This document shows, piece after piece, positions 51,465 through 64,000 of a stretch of 64,000 bases of DNA. The notes beneath the pieces are model-generated. The model was given only the letters and a program-made list of their open reading frames with translations, ran no database searches and had not been told where the DNA came from. Made by a program: the position numbers and the translations under genes. Positions within the stretch are counted from its first letter, which is position 1. The number at the start of each line of letters is the position of its first letter. The DNA is from Hemiscyllium ocellatum (lineage: Eukaryota). Location of the stretch: NCBI RefSeq assembly GCF_020745735.1, contig NC_083403.1, positions 44,380,766 to 44,444,765 on the forward strand, written 5' to 3'.

Positions 51465-52629
51465 GTATAAAAGTTTTTTTAATTTTCAATTTTCTCCTAT
51501 TACTCATTTTCTAAAAGCATTAACTCTGGCCACTATCTGAGTCTTACCCAAATACACATTATTCACGTGTCAGTTTGAGTTTTTTGAACTCAACTGGCTG
51601 CATTTTATTCCATCAAGATAGACATCACTGATGAGTCCAATTCCACAGTAACACAACATACACACTTCCTCTAAAAATCAACAGACATTAAATTCTAAAG
51701 CATGAAACAATACAGATTTATAGCTTGAGATTTGAATTACAAGACAAGAGAAAAGAGGGGAGAAATTGGATTGGACTGAAAGCAATTTCTTTGACTGTGA
51801 TTGATGTGGCATAGCTTTGACAGTTATTGACATATTTAGCATACAAACCACTATTCATTCTAAAGGGAAAGAGGCAATGGATAATGGCAGTGAGTAACTG
51901 TGACAAGCATTGCACCAAAGATCCCAGGTTAAAAAAAAGTGCTGGAGAAACTCAGCAGGTCAGGTAGCATCTATAGAGATGCAGTTAATCTTTCAAGTCC
52001 AATTTTGGACCCATCTAGAATTGGGTCTGTTTTTTTTTGTTTGTGAGGGAGGATTAAACTTAACAACAACCATTCTGCATTTCTCTGCTGTGGCCAATTA
52101 GAACGCTGTCAGTAATCTATAAAAATTGACTACTTGGGCAAGCCAGGGAGGTACTTTACCCTGTCAAAGTCTCCGTAGGTATGTGCATATAATGCAGTGT
52201 TTAAGAAGTGTTTTCCCAGAATGCTGTAATTACAAGGCTGAAGACGTCATTTTAAAATTTTGGCGTATGTGAGAATGATATCCAACAATCACTACTTTAA
52301 TGTACCTTTATCTTGTGTGAATACAGTGATTATGGTATGAATACAAGAGCATAACAAAAAAGTGGAGAAACCCACAGTGCAAATTGCACCCCTTACAAAT
52401 TGTTCCATTCTCTTTTTAAATTGTGTGCTCTTCAACACTACACAAAGGTTATTTTGACATTCAACTGTGCTTATGATCCTGAGATTTCATACCTTTCATT
52501 TTAACAACATTGTGTTATTGTCTGTGGGAGTTTCACAAATGTTAGCTTTCCTAGGATCCATCCTTAAAGACTTGTAGCCCCATCAAGTAATGCAGTTTTC
52601 CCTAAAATGATGTCAGTGTGACTGCTGCC

Positions 52630-53290
52630 TTGGAAGTAGACATTTATATCTTGACCTGCAATCTTCTTCCCAGCCTCTCCGCCTCCACCCCCTCTCTGGC
52701 CTATCACCCTCACCCTCACCCCCTTCCACCTATCGTATTCCCAGTGCCCTTCCCCCAAATTCCCTCCCCTCTACCTTTTATCTCAGCCCCTTGGCACACC
52801 AGCTTCATTCCTGAAGAAGGGCTTGTGCTCGAAATGTCGATTCTCCTGCTCCTCGGATGCTGCCTGGCCTGCTATGTTTTTCCAGCACCACATTTTTCAA
52901 CTCCATTTATATCCATGATGTCACATCTGAAGAGCACCCCACCCAGACCCACACCCTGACACTATCCCTGTAACTCTGCATTTACCCTGGCTAATCCACC
53001 TACCCTGCACATTACAGGGCAATTTAGCATGGCCAGTCCACCTAATCTGCATATCATTAGACTGTGGAAGGAAACCAGAGAACATGGAGGAAACCTCATG
53101 CAGACACAGGATAAACATTGCAAACTCCACACAGTCACTCACAGCTAGAATTGAACCCAGGTCCCAGGTGCCGTAAGGCAGAAGTGCTAACGACTGAGTC
53201 ACCAAGTAGCCGTCAATACTGTGGAATTGTATGCAGAAGCTTGGACTGAAGGGTCTGTTTCCGTGCTCTACATCTCTATGACTATGGCTA
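52630..53290. mobile_element. PLE 3' end with hammerhead (52807-52842, +), HE1 SINE (about 52913-53205, -) and CR1 tail, all in C6orf163 intron 2
   Basis: ATTC-CTGAAGA-A-GGGC-TTGT-GCTC-GAAA-TGTC; HE1 core; gaagggtctgtttcc..ctatgactat. Confidence 0.85.
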
Positions 53291-54904
53291 TAATTGTGCG
53301 AGTTTTTAGGAGCAAAATTTGAACTGAATAGGTGTATAGTATAGGTCATTTAAGGAGAAGCTAGTTGAACAATGAGGAAGGAGGGAACAGACAGCCATAA
53401 AAGTAGATTTTACACATGAAGTTGGGAGGAAGCTGATGTGGAGCATAAACATGGCATAGACTGTGACTGAAGATCTCTGGTCACCAATGTCAAATGCTAC
53501 AGATGGTGAAGAGTGAAAAGTAATATTTTATTTTGGTCACACTTACATAGAATGTGGTGAAATTCTTTGCCGTAACAAGTGACACATCAGTTTTCTGATT
53601 AGTGCATCTGTTCAGTGCATTTTCTAAATAAATATTTTTATTCAAAAGAAAGAAAGACTTTAGGTTTTTTACAAAATTACAAAACTAATACAAAATAGTG
53701 TAATCTCTTTACAGTATAATGACAATATCAGTATAAAAAAGCTAACTATAATCTACTCTATAGACTACCAAAACACAAAATAAGATATAAAAAGAAATAA
53801 TCTATACATTAACAAAAAAAAGCTGCAGTATAGTACATAACTAACAACAACAAAAAAAAGTAAATGAATAAATAAATACACACTCAAAGTAAAATCATGT
53901 CAAGTCATAATGAAACCTGTATTTATACAGGATTCTTCCTCCCAGGAGCTGCCAAACTGACAGACATAGTCCTCATAGCTAAACAAAGGCCCTAGATAGT
54001 ATGGCCAATACATCTGCATCGACATAGTTCAGGAATGGCCACCACATTCTATAAAACAATTCCGTTTTTTGGTGCACCGTATTCATAAGGAAGTCAAGAG
54101 AGAAATATTCCATAACTTGCCTATGCCAATTTGAGAGACCAGGAGGACTTTCAGATACTCAACCTGCTTAGTATGTTTTTCCTTGCACAAAAGGCGAGGA
54201 TAGAAAATAATTTCTTCCCATTTCCACCTAGAGAGGGAAGATTTGAGGAGCCCAAAAGGGGAGACACTGGGTCTAACCCAATCTCTGTTCCCAAAATCAT
54301 TGCCAAGGCCTTTGCTACATTGTCCCAATATCTACGAATCATATGGCATGTCCACAAACAATGTGTGAGAGTACCAACTTCTATTTTACATTTCGGGCAC
54401 ATTGGAAACACTCCTGCCTTAAAGTTTGCAAGTAGCTCTGGTGCTGGATGGGCCCTATGAAGTATCTTCAATTGAATAGCTTGAGTCTTATTACAGATAG
54501 AAATCTTCCTGGTGTTTTCCCAGATGCCCTCCCACATCTGTAAGGGGATTTCCGTCCCTAATTCTTGAGTCCAGGTGTATATTGCCATTCCATGTCCTTC
54601 GATACATTATTACCTAGTGAGCGATAGAAAGTACTGACCGAGGGTGCGCCCATCGGCCGAAGCACTCTCCTTTCCATATCTGATTTATAAGGATTGGTCA
54701 TCAATGTAGTCTTTTTTTGTTCGAAATCTCGTATTTGAAAATATCGAAAGAGATCCTTGCTGAGCAACCCGAACTTCTGACATAACTGTTCAAAGGACAT
54801 CATGACCTCCCCATCAAATAAATCTCCCAAACAGGAGATTCCTCTGGACTCCCAGATTTTAAATCCAGCGTCTGTCAAGCCTGGCTGAAATCCCAGAATT
54901 TAGG

Positions 54905-55265
54905 TTAGAGTGTTGTTGGAAAAGCACAGCAGATCAGGCAGCATCCGAGGGGCAGAAAAATTGATGTTTCGGGCAAGAGCCCTTCATCAGGAATAGAGGC
55001 AGGGAGCCTCCAGGGTGAGAGAGAAATGGGGGAGGGGGGTGTGGTGCTGGGGAGAAGGTAGCAAAAAGTACAGTAAGTGAATGGGGGTGGGGATGGAGGT
55101 GATAGGTCAGAGAGGAGAGTGGAGCGGATAGGTGGGAAGGGAGATTGACAGGTAGGACAGGTCATGAGGATGGTGCTGAGCTGGGAAGTTGGAACTGGGG
55201 TAAGGTGAGGGGAGGGGAAATGTGGAAACTGGTGAAGTCCACATTCATGCCCTGGGGTTGAAGTT
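54905..55265 (-). mobile_element. PLE 3' fragment (family A) nested in L1 ORF2, hammerhead core at 54959-54994
   Basis: Minus strand attc-ctgatga-a-gggc-tctt-gccc-gaaa-catc, preceded by the LQPQGMNVDF end of GIY-YIG. Confidence 0.88.
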
Positions 55266-58200
55266 CACACTATAGGAGTAAAGGGGAGATTTTTTGTAAA
55301 TTACCCTCACCCTGTAGTATCATCCTCCAAGCTTTGATCATATTTAGTACAATCAGGCTTTTACAATGATCTGTGACAGTTCTCACCTTATCCATAAACA
55401 ATAGATTGATGAAGGGGCATTTTGATTGGGAACCCTCAATATCTAGTCAAATTGATTGTGAATCCGCAAGAGACCCAGTCAGCCACATATGATAGCAGAG
55501 AACTCAGTTGGTACTTCCTAAAATCCGGAAAATTCAGACCTCCCCTTACTTGTGGGAGCTGTAATTTATCTAATTTAATAAGTGGCTGTCTATGATTCCA
55601 AACAAAGGAACCAAGACAACCATAGAACTTGGGCAGCGCCTGTCTCAGCAACATCAAGGGAAGCACTCCCATGGGTTATAATAAGCATGGGAGGATACTC
55701 ATCTTAACCAAGGCTAATCTTCCTAACCAGGATATCGGGAGATCTTCCCAACGCTGGAGGTCCTGGCCCACTTTCTCTAGTAAATGAATATGATTAGCTT
55801 GATATAGCTGACTGAATACGGGGTAATAAAAATACCGAAATAGAGAAAACCTCCCAGTGACCACTGAACGGGGAAGAGGGATCCATCCGCAAAGTTAGAT
55901 ATGCTGGTAAGACCTCCAACCAGCATGGCCTCTGATTTCATGAAATTAAAATTATATCCTGAAAACACACCAAATAAATTAACCACTTGAATTAAGCAGG
56001 GCACAGAAGTCTACGGATCATTTAAGAAAGGAAGGATGTCATCCGCATAAAGAGTAATTTTATGCTTGCCAGATCCTACCTCTGGGGCCGTTATACTGGC
56101 GTCAGTTCAGATGGCTTCTGCCAGTGGTTCGATCATTAGTGTAAATAGTAGTGGTGAAAGAGGGCATCCTTGACAACAACCTCTGCCAACACTAAACTAT
56201 CCAATCTTATGCCATTAGTAATCACCACTGTTTTCGGGTAATTATCTAAAAGTAGTAAAAACCTCTCCAATACCAAACAGCTCCATAGTATAAAAAAAGA
56301 TATGGCCATTTTACCCGATCGAATGCTTTCTCTGCATCTAAGGAGACAGCTAATCCCGCTATTGCTTTTTGCCAGCAGACTTGTGCCATATTTAACACTG
56401 TTCCGATATGATTAGTAGATCTGCGACCCTTAATAAACCCAGTCTGATCCTCTTTTATAATAAATGGCAAGACCTTCTCCAGCCTTATTGCCAGCACTTT
56501 TGAGAAGATTTTAAAATCCACATTTAATAAGGTTATAGGCCTCTACGAGGTACAGTCGTCTGGGGCCTTCCCTTTCTTGAGGTTGAGAGAGATATTTGCT
56601 TCTCTCAGAGAGGGCGGGAGACTACCCTAACTGAATGAGTCGTTGTACATGTCTTTAAGTGGTCCGGCCAACTCGTCTATAAACTCTTTATAAAACTCAA
56701 CCTGGAATCCATCTGGCCCAGGCACTTTGCCACTCTGGAGCTGCCTCACCACCTTCTGAGTTGTCGGGGGGGGGCGGGGAGGGGGCATTCAAAGAGGACA
56801 CTTGCTCCAAGGTTATGCCCAAAAGATCCAGATTCTTAAAAAAAGACTCCATCCTCCTCGCTCTATCTGCACAGCCCTCCAACTGGTACAGCTCAAAATA
56901 AAACTTTCTAAAAGCTGAGTTGATCTTTTTAGGATCATAAGTCAAAGTACCATCACCATCCCTAATAGATGTAATGGATTGGGGAGCTTTCTTCTTTTCT
57001 GGCAAGGTATGTTAGATACCTGCCCGGCTTATCGCCATACTCAAATAATCTCTGCTTCGCAAATAGTATCTCTCTCTTTGCTGTTTGAGTAAGAGTAGCA
57101 TTCAAGGTCGCTCTGAATTTAATTATGGATGGCCTATCAGCATACGCTGACTCAGCTGTCTTCAAGCGAGCCTCAAGCAGACGTTGTTGTTTTCCCCCCG
57201 GTCGCAGAATATGCAATAATTAAGCCGCGCTCATATGCCTTAGTCCACATCACCGATGGGTTACTGGCCATACCTATGTTAATGTCCCAGAAAGCTTTAA
57301 ATTCCTCCAAGAAGTATTACATGAACTTACTATCCTTCAGTAGGAATGGGTCCATACGCCAGTGTCGGGAGTCTATCTTATCACCACTAGTCTTGACCTC
57401 CATATAGACTGCTGCATGATCAGAAATAGCTATATTCCCTATTTTACAGGACAGTATCGAATTCAGAAAGGTTGAGGGTACAAAAAACATATCAATTTTG
57501 GTGTGGCAGTTGTGTGGGTTAGAATAAAAAGTAAAATCTCTACCCTCAGGGTGAAGACACCTCCACATATCCATCAGTCCCAGCTCCCTATTCAGATCAA
57601 CCAACTGCGTAGATCGCAGAGATATGTCTGCAGGAGCTCCTAGGTTTCCTGTCCACCTCGGGATTGATAATACAATTAAAATCTCCCTCTATACTTATGT
57701 GACGTACACTAAGGGCCATCAGACTGGAGAACGCATCTGTTACGAATTTAAATGCATGTGCCGGAGGACAATAGACATTCAAAATACCCTACTCCTTTCC
57801 ATATATTAGAGCCTTAAATATTGTAAACCATCCAGACTCATCTTTTTTATCTGGCTTAACATTTGGAATGGAAGATTTTTCCGAATAAGAATGGGCACTC
57901 CCCTACTTTTCGAGTTGAAGGATGAAAGGAACACCTGACCAAATCCTCCCTGCTGCAGCTTCAAATGCTCCTTATCAGTTATATGTGTTTCCTGTAAAAG
58001 GGCTACATCAACCCGCTCTTCTTTAAGACTTGATAATATCTTTTTCCCTTTTATGGGCGAGTGGCTCCCTTTAACAGTCCAGGTACACCATTTAAACAAA
58101 TGGCTAGCCATGATCGCTCAAGAAAGTCCGAAACCCCCTGGAGGAAGGACCCCACACACAATAAACATTGAGTAGACAATTCACGTAAGTGTAAAAAAAC

Positions 58201-59611
58201 AACCTTTACAAAACTGCTAAAGATTACTCCTAAAAATAATAACATAAGGTATGGCTAAGAGGGGACGTTCCCCTTTGTACACAGGGGACACTCCTACTGT
58301 CCAACAATCCCACCATAACTCCTTCCAACCTGAGCTATGCCCTCGCCCCAGACATCACAAAATAAAATGAACAAATACCAATGTTTTATAACAAGGAAAT
58401 TAAAAGTGGGCATCCAGCCCATCCCCTCCATATTATTACCCTGGGCATACTTAACAAAGCAGCATCATGAAAAAATATACATAAAATTACAATCCCAGAA
58501 AATATTCAAGGTAAACTTGAAAAAATTCAAAAACATCCCCCAGCAACCAGATAAGCCAAGCAAATTATAAATAAAAGTTAAAAGACAAGGTCCCCAAGAA
58601 AAGATAAAAAGAAAAAGGGGAGAAGGAGGAGAAAGAAAAAAGGGGGGTAAAGATGAAAAGTAATTATTCATTTTAGTAAAGTCCTTCAGTCTATTTAGGA
58701 GCATCCAAAAATTCTTTTGCTTTTTTTGGCGAACTGAAGTTATATCCAGACTCTCCGTGACTGAGGCGCAGCGTTGCCGGGAATCTCAAGGAGTACTGAA
58801 TATTTGAATCCCTCAGGCACTTCTTTACCTCATCAAAAGCCTTCCTCTTACATACCACAACCGGAGATGAGTCCTGGAACAGCATTATTTTGGATCCTTT
58901 ATATATCAAATGCTCTGGAGGCCTCCAGCGACATTTGCTTGTCCCAGTCGTGTTGAAATCGCACTAGGACTGGGCAGGGGCGCTGGTCCGACCTGGGCCT
59001 GTGAACAGCAACCCGGTGGGCCCACTCAACCTGCACCTGGCCCAGCCCTGACTCCAGCTTCAGCAGTTGTGGGAGCTGTTCGGGAAGGCCTAGCAACTGA
59101 ATATTCTTGTGACGACCTCGATTATCGAAGTTGTCAATCTGTTCTTCCAAGGTCTGGACTTGATGTTCCAGAGTCCGGACTTGACCCACAGAGGATTCAG
59201 CAGCGGTCTCGGAGGCCGCAGCCCGTTGCTTCGCCCCTCCAACATGCTGCCCCAATTTCTCGATCTCTCGGTCATGCCTCTGCAGCATGCGACTCTCTTC
59301 CATTGAGGCATCGATCTTCTCTCAGAGCTTGATAAGCTCCAAGATCAGGCTCGCCTCTGCAGGTAAGTCCCCTAGGGCAGCCACGGAGTCCCTGTTGTTG
59401 CGACTGGGGGCTGGGTCCGTGCCTATCACAAACTCTGTGATCCTTTTCCTTTAGTCATTTTAAAATGTACCAAACTGCTAAGGTTTGGTGCAAAATGGCT
59501 GTAGGAACTGGGAAAACGCTGGTGTTAGTAGTTTAAAACATGAGCGGAAGGTGGGTACCCCACTTTGTCTGGGTTCTGGGCAGAGCTCAGCAAACTCGGA
59601 CCTATTGGGTT

Positions 59612-59622
59612 GCCGCCATCTT
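59612..59622 (-). promoter_or_regulatory. YY1 motif at the L1 5' end (internal promoter)
   Basis: Element begins GGGGATTCAAGATGGCGGC. AAGATGGCGGC is the YY1 consensus. Confidence 0.75.
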
Positions 59623-60973
59623 GAATCCCCATTCAGTGCATTTTAACAGGTAATTGTGATGTCTTCCGTAGCACCTAGAATAAACCAGATTTTCAAATAG
59701 TTCAGTGCCGTGGTGACTAACTGTCCTTGTGGTGGTGGTCAGAATCTAATACACAGCACAACTTTGTCACTGTCTCCCTCATGAAGCAGAGCTATCAGAC
59801 ACTATGTCCTATATCATTTTAAGAGGGTGTACCTCTGTAGATATGACTCCATTAGTAAGTAACAGTTCAGCTGCTGCAATTACAATTTAAAAAATGACCA
59901 CTTCATTGAGGATTCCTCTTGGTATTTCCCTCTGTATTTCTCACTGTTCCCTTCAGTACCAATAAGAGCAATCTAGCCTGTCGAACACACCTTCTTTTTT
60001 GTGATTCTTCCTCCTGTAAAATTGGAGCCCCTTATTAGAGTTCCTACCTCCTAAATTATTGTCATAGCAGGTGAAATTGTTTTAGTCAAAATCCTTGGCC
60101 AAAACGTCAAGTAAATAACCAATAGAAAATAGCTCTCAACACATTGTTGAGAAATTCGACTCACGGAGGTTCTCCTGAAAATAGGACAAGTTCCTCTTCA
60201 AATGTTGCTTTCCTATCAGCCCAGAATGGGCCATGTCCACAACAACTATTTTGCTTAACATCAAACAAATGAAAATTGCAGGGAAGTTGTGCAAAAATTA
60301 AAAGAAATAAATTAAATAGTTTTGAATATTAAACTGAAGTAGTGCATTCTAAAGCTGAAGTCCTGAAGAGAATTTGTCAAAGTGCAGTGCAGACCAGGAA
60401 GAGATTTAACAGGATCGATGTCCTTCCAGTTTCCTGCCACCTGTGATGGCAGTAACAAGATATGCCATTCTAACCCTAAAGCACTGCATAGTGCAAGTAT
60501 CATGGACATTTAAATCTGTTTACAGACTGTTTTCTGGAGAGGTAATTTCCCCTGATGCGTTCAAATGGAAGATTTTTTGCTTTAAATCATACATTTGATC
60601 TGCTTATACTCTGTATTGTCAATGTTAAATAACATGTGAATCATGTCTTCACTTTGCTATTTAGTTCTCCATACTGCTGCACACTTCAGACAAAAGGTAA
60701 GATAAGCTGAGCCATGGCTGAGCCTGGCTGTTATCATTGTTGCACCATAACAAGTGCTCTTCATGGACAAGCCACTTTTCACATTCTGTCTGGGAGTAGT
60801 GCCAAGGCCTAGTGAATCTTGCCCACCGTGGAGAGATGAGTGTGAATACTTAATGATAGCTGTCAAAGTTCCCTGCTCAGAATGACTAAAAACCAATATA
60901 AATGATCTTTCATATAAAAAAAAATGGTGATTATCACTAATTACTCTTTCATTTTGTGCAAATGCTTGTCCAG

Positions 60974-61081
60974 GCCAAAAAGGAGAAAGAAGAGGCAGTG
61001 AAAGAAGCTTTGGTTGTGGCTGAAATGGAAAAGAAAGAAGAGATGAATGAATTAAACAAGATACACATGGATGAAATTAAG
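60974..61081 (+). CDS. C6orf163: C6orf163 homolog coding exon 3 (AKKEKEEAVKEALVVAEMEKKEEMNELNKIHMDEIK); gene continues beyond the window
   Basis: cttgtccag| acceptor and AAG|gtaagc donor. 108 nt, phase 0-0, coiled coil aligning without gaps to recalled human [36 protein letters not shown]. Syntenic downstream of SMIM8. Confidence 0.82.
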
Positions 61082-61849
61082 GTAAGCACTTGATTCAGCC
61101 GTTTGTTACAACATCTGACTCAGAGATGCGAGTGATGTCAAATTGCAGATATTAAGAAGAGAAGGAGGTGGAGAAGCAAAAGATTGTAGGGAGGGTATTC
61201 CAGAGCTCTGGACCTTTGGATAAAGGTGATTACGGGAGGGGTGAAGGGACGCAAAACAGACTTCGAAGAACAGACTGTTTGGGAGTGGGCACAGTTTTTG
61301 TGCTGGAGAAGAGGTGGGGAGATTTTTAAAAAATCAATGAAATCTTTAAATATGAGCTGTAATGGAAACTAAAGCTAATAAGTCAATGAAGGGAGGAGGA
61401 GGGAGTGAATGGGGCCGGAGTTTCATATAAACCAGCGTTTAGTGCCGTGGTGTTAGAGGTGGGAGTGAAAAGAACAAGTGAGAGAGAGATCATTTTCGAG
61501 TTGATAATGTGGAATGGGACCTTAGAATTTTTTTTTCTGAGTGAAGAAGATCAAGACGAGCTTTCTGGCAGAATCACGTAGCCAGGAGAGCCCTGTCTTG
61601 ATGTCAGGATCTTCTCACTACATCTTTTATGTTTTCCACCACTGGAGAAGTGAGTTTCTCACTAGGCAGCATCAAGGAGTCAATTAAGGGGTGTTACAGC
61701 TTTTTAAAAAGCATTGTTAACAGCCCAAGTCACTTCTGTAATACTCAGCTTCCTATCTTCCCAAAAAAGCTAAACATCAAGAAAACTCAATGTGGAAATC
61801 GGGGCAGGTACCTGGTTACTCAGCTCGCTGCTAGCTCTGAAGGACATCC

Positions 61850-62260
61850 ATAGAATTATAGAGATGTACAGCAGGGAAAGAGACACTTTAGTCCAACTCA
61901 TCCATGCCAACCAGATATCCCATTTTAATCTAGTCCCATTTGCTAGCACTTGGCCCATATCCCTCTAAATCTTTCCTATTCATATACCAATCCAGATGCC
62001 TTTTAATTGTACCATCCTCCACCGCTTCCCCTGGTAGCTCATTCCATACATGCACCACTCTCTATATGAAAAAGTTGCCCCTTAGGTCCCTTTTAAATCT
62101 TTCCCCTCTCGCCTTACAACTATGCCCTCTAGTTTGAACTCCCACACCCTGGGGAAAAGACTTTGTTTATTTACCCTATCCATACCCCTCATGATTTTAT
62201 AAACCTCTATACGGTCATGCCTCAGCCTCTGATACTCCAGGGAAAATAGCCTCTGCCTAT
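61850..62260 (-). mobile_element. CR1 3' end
   Basis: IEVYKIMRGMDRVNKQSLFPRV and a tail like that at 15285. Confidence 0.9.
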
Positions 62261-62994
62261 TCATCCATGTTGGATTCCAGCCTCCAATCTCTCCACACAT
62301 GCTCCATGGACACTGGCCACATGTCCCTATGGACATTGACATCCGATGTATGCCACCCTTTAAAGATCCTCATGGCATCTCTCCAATCTAGTTACAGGAT
62401 GCTTCTGCACTTCAATGCTACATCTCAGGCTGCACAGCAACTCTCATTGTAACACTACAGCAAGGACATTGTGCTTTCAGGGACACACATCCACCACAAG
62501 GCCTGGACAGGCTGCACCACCAGGCTCTTTGCTCTCTCTCACGGTGTTCACTCACTCTGCGACTACCCAGATGCTTACAGCTCTCTCCCTTGTGTTATAT
62601 TCCTTTTTGTATTTTGTCCATTAGCCAGAGATTCCAGGCCTATATTATTTCTCCAAGACCAATGGGTCAGTCAGCCATTCAAGGCAGTTAGAATCAGGAA
62701 ACTCTTGTCATAAGGGGTCAGGAGCCAAATGCCCCTAGTGTGGTTTTCCTCCTAGAATGAGAGAGAGGGATGGGTATCAGGGGAAATGAAATTGGGTGGC
62801 ACTTGAATGAACTTTGGGGAGGTGCACAAAGAGTGATTAGGCAGTGCAGAGGGCATGCATGGTTGGTGCTTTTGGGGGTTGGGGCGTGGAGCAGGCAAAG
62901 TGAGATGTTTCAGTCAAACATAAGCATGGTAAAGCATGAGCCTTGGTGGGAGCTGGATACAGTAACAGAGATAGAGGGAATAGAGAGAAGGTGG

Positions 62995-63210
62995 TGGCAC
63001 TTACATTGGCAGAATGGAGAAGCCCACTGGCCATCTGCCTACATCAAGCTGCTGGAATCTGGGTGGCATCAGACCCGGTTGGCATGGTCTGGTTTCATGG
63101 CATCACTGCTGGTCTGGAGAATGAGGATGTGCACCCTCTCTTTGCAACCCCTTCCAGCAGGACCTTCAGATCCCTTCCCAAAAACAGGGCACCGATTACC
63201 CCCATCTGTG
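62995..63210 (-). mobile_element. Decayed Myb/SANT-domain exon of a PIF/Harbinger-type transposon
   Basis: Minus-strand remnant FGRDLKVLLEGVAKR..NQTMP..GLLHSAN followed by a gtaagt donor. Resembles Harbinger Myb/SANT ORFs (F..DL.VLL.GV..R). Confidence 0.45.
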
Positions 63211-64000
63211 AAAGTCCAGAGCAAGTGTCAAGGATCAGACTGATACCGCCTGTCTGGGTACACAACGGACTTATAAAGACAGTGCGGATGCAAGGGATGC
63301 AGGTTAAATCTGGGATATTCCCAGCAGTGGAAAGTCGTTCTGGGAATGGATCATGGTAAGATTGGGCTGGAATCGGACGTTAGGGTTTCCATAGGGGTAG
63401 AGAGTATGTAATTGGGAAGGTAGATTTGGTCGGGGATGGTGAGAAAACCTGCAAAGCATCACCGTGAAAGACTCTTCAAAAAACCTGACACAACAAGCAC
63501 TTAATCAAAATGATGTGAGATTCAGCCCATTATCTGCTCCTGTTCTGTCCAGTGAGTTTCAAAGAGCAGTATACTTTAGAGAACTGCAATATTATATAAG
63601 TTCTAAGCAAGTGTGCACAGCAGTGAATCTTATCATTTGACTTGACATTACTCAGTTACAGTTACATCCTTTGTATATTGCTATGGTTGGAAGTGTGCTC
63701 CTTTATTTATAAACGTGCTTCCTGGCAAAGGATTTACCTTCTGTTCATGTTTAGCTCAGTCTGCTTTACTTCCATAGCTACATTGAATATTGAAACAAGT
63801 TCCCAATTGCCCTGTTATACTGTTGAAGATCATAAACAATCACTAATCTCAGTCCAACATATTCAGGAGCTGCTACGCGTTGTTTGCGTCCTAGTTACCA
63901 ATCACTGGTAGATAGAATAAAAGTGAAGTATTGCAGACATTTAAAATCTAAAAGAAAATGAGAAAGTGTTTGTGAAATTCGGCAGTTCTGGCAGCAACTG

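Larger units (their letters stand above)
53624..59631 (-). mobile_element. Full-length (about 6 kb) decayed L1-clade LINE, antisense in C6orf163 intron 2
   Basis: ORF1 remnants 59458 to 58691 (NRGRHKNIQLLGLPE, AHR, YSLRFPATLR). ORF2 58111 to about 53979 (LLQETH, SDHA, SLDAEKAFDRV, LYADD, CPKC..HCLWTC). TSD ttcagtgcatttt at 53611-53623 and 59632-59644. AATAAA near the 3' end. Confidence 0.93.

Overview
Eukaryotic, repeat-dense genomic DNA from a cartilaginous fish. The HE1-type SINEs and HER1/CR1 LINEs point to a shark, probably a carpet or bamboo shark. Two host genes lie on the + strand. SMIM8 has a complete 97-aa CDS in two exons (38580-38714, 40141-40299). It is followed by the first three coding exons of a C6orf163 homolog (50110-50248, 51370-51464, 60974-61081), the same order as on human chr6. 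The rest is mostly nested retroelements: many CR1 LINEs (one near full length), L2 and another CR1-group LINE, a full-length decayed L1 with a 13-bp TSD at a TT/AAAA site and a YY1 motif at its 5' end, two long Penelope-like elements (PLEs; RT plus GIY-YIG), a Gypsy gag-protease relic, a Tigger-like MITE, a Harbinger Myb/SANT relic and tRNA-derived SINEs. The most striking signal is about 15 copies, in at least 4 sequence families, of a minimal hammerhead-ribozyme motif (CUGANGA-A-stem II-GAAA-NN-UH, with covarying stems I and II) in PLE terminal repeats. Many sit in short (about 100-440 bp) solo or palindromic mini-insertions with 11-16 bp TSDs, whose 5' end or fold-back apex falls at the ribozyme. 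Repeat boundaries were read by eye and are approximate unless a TSD is given. Homology calls rest on recalled sequences, not database searches.
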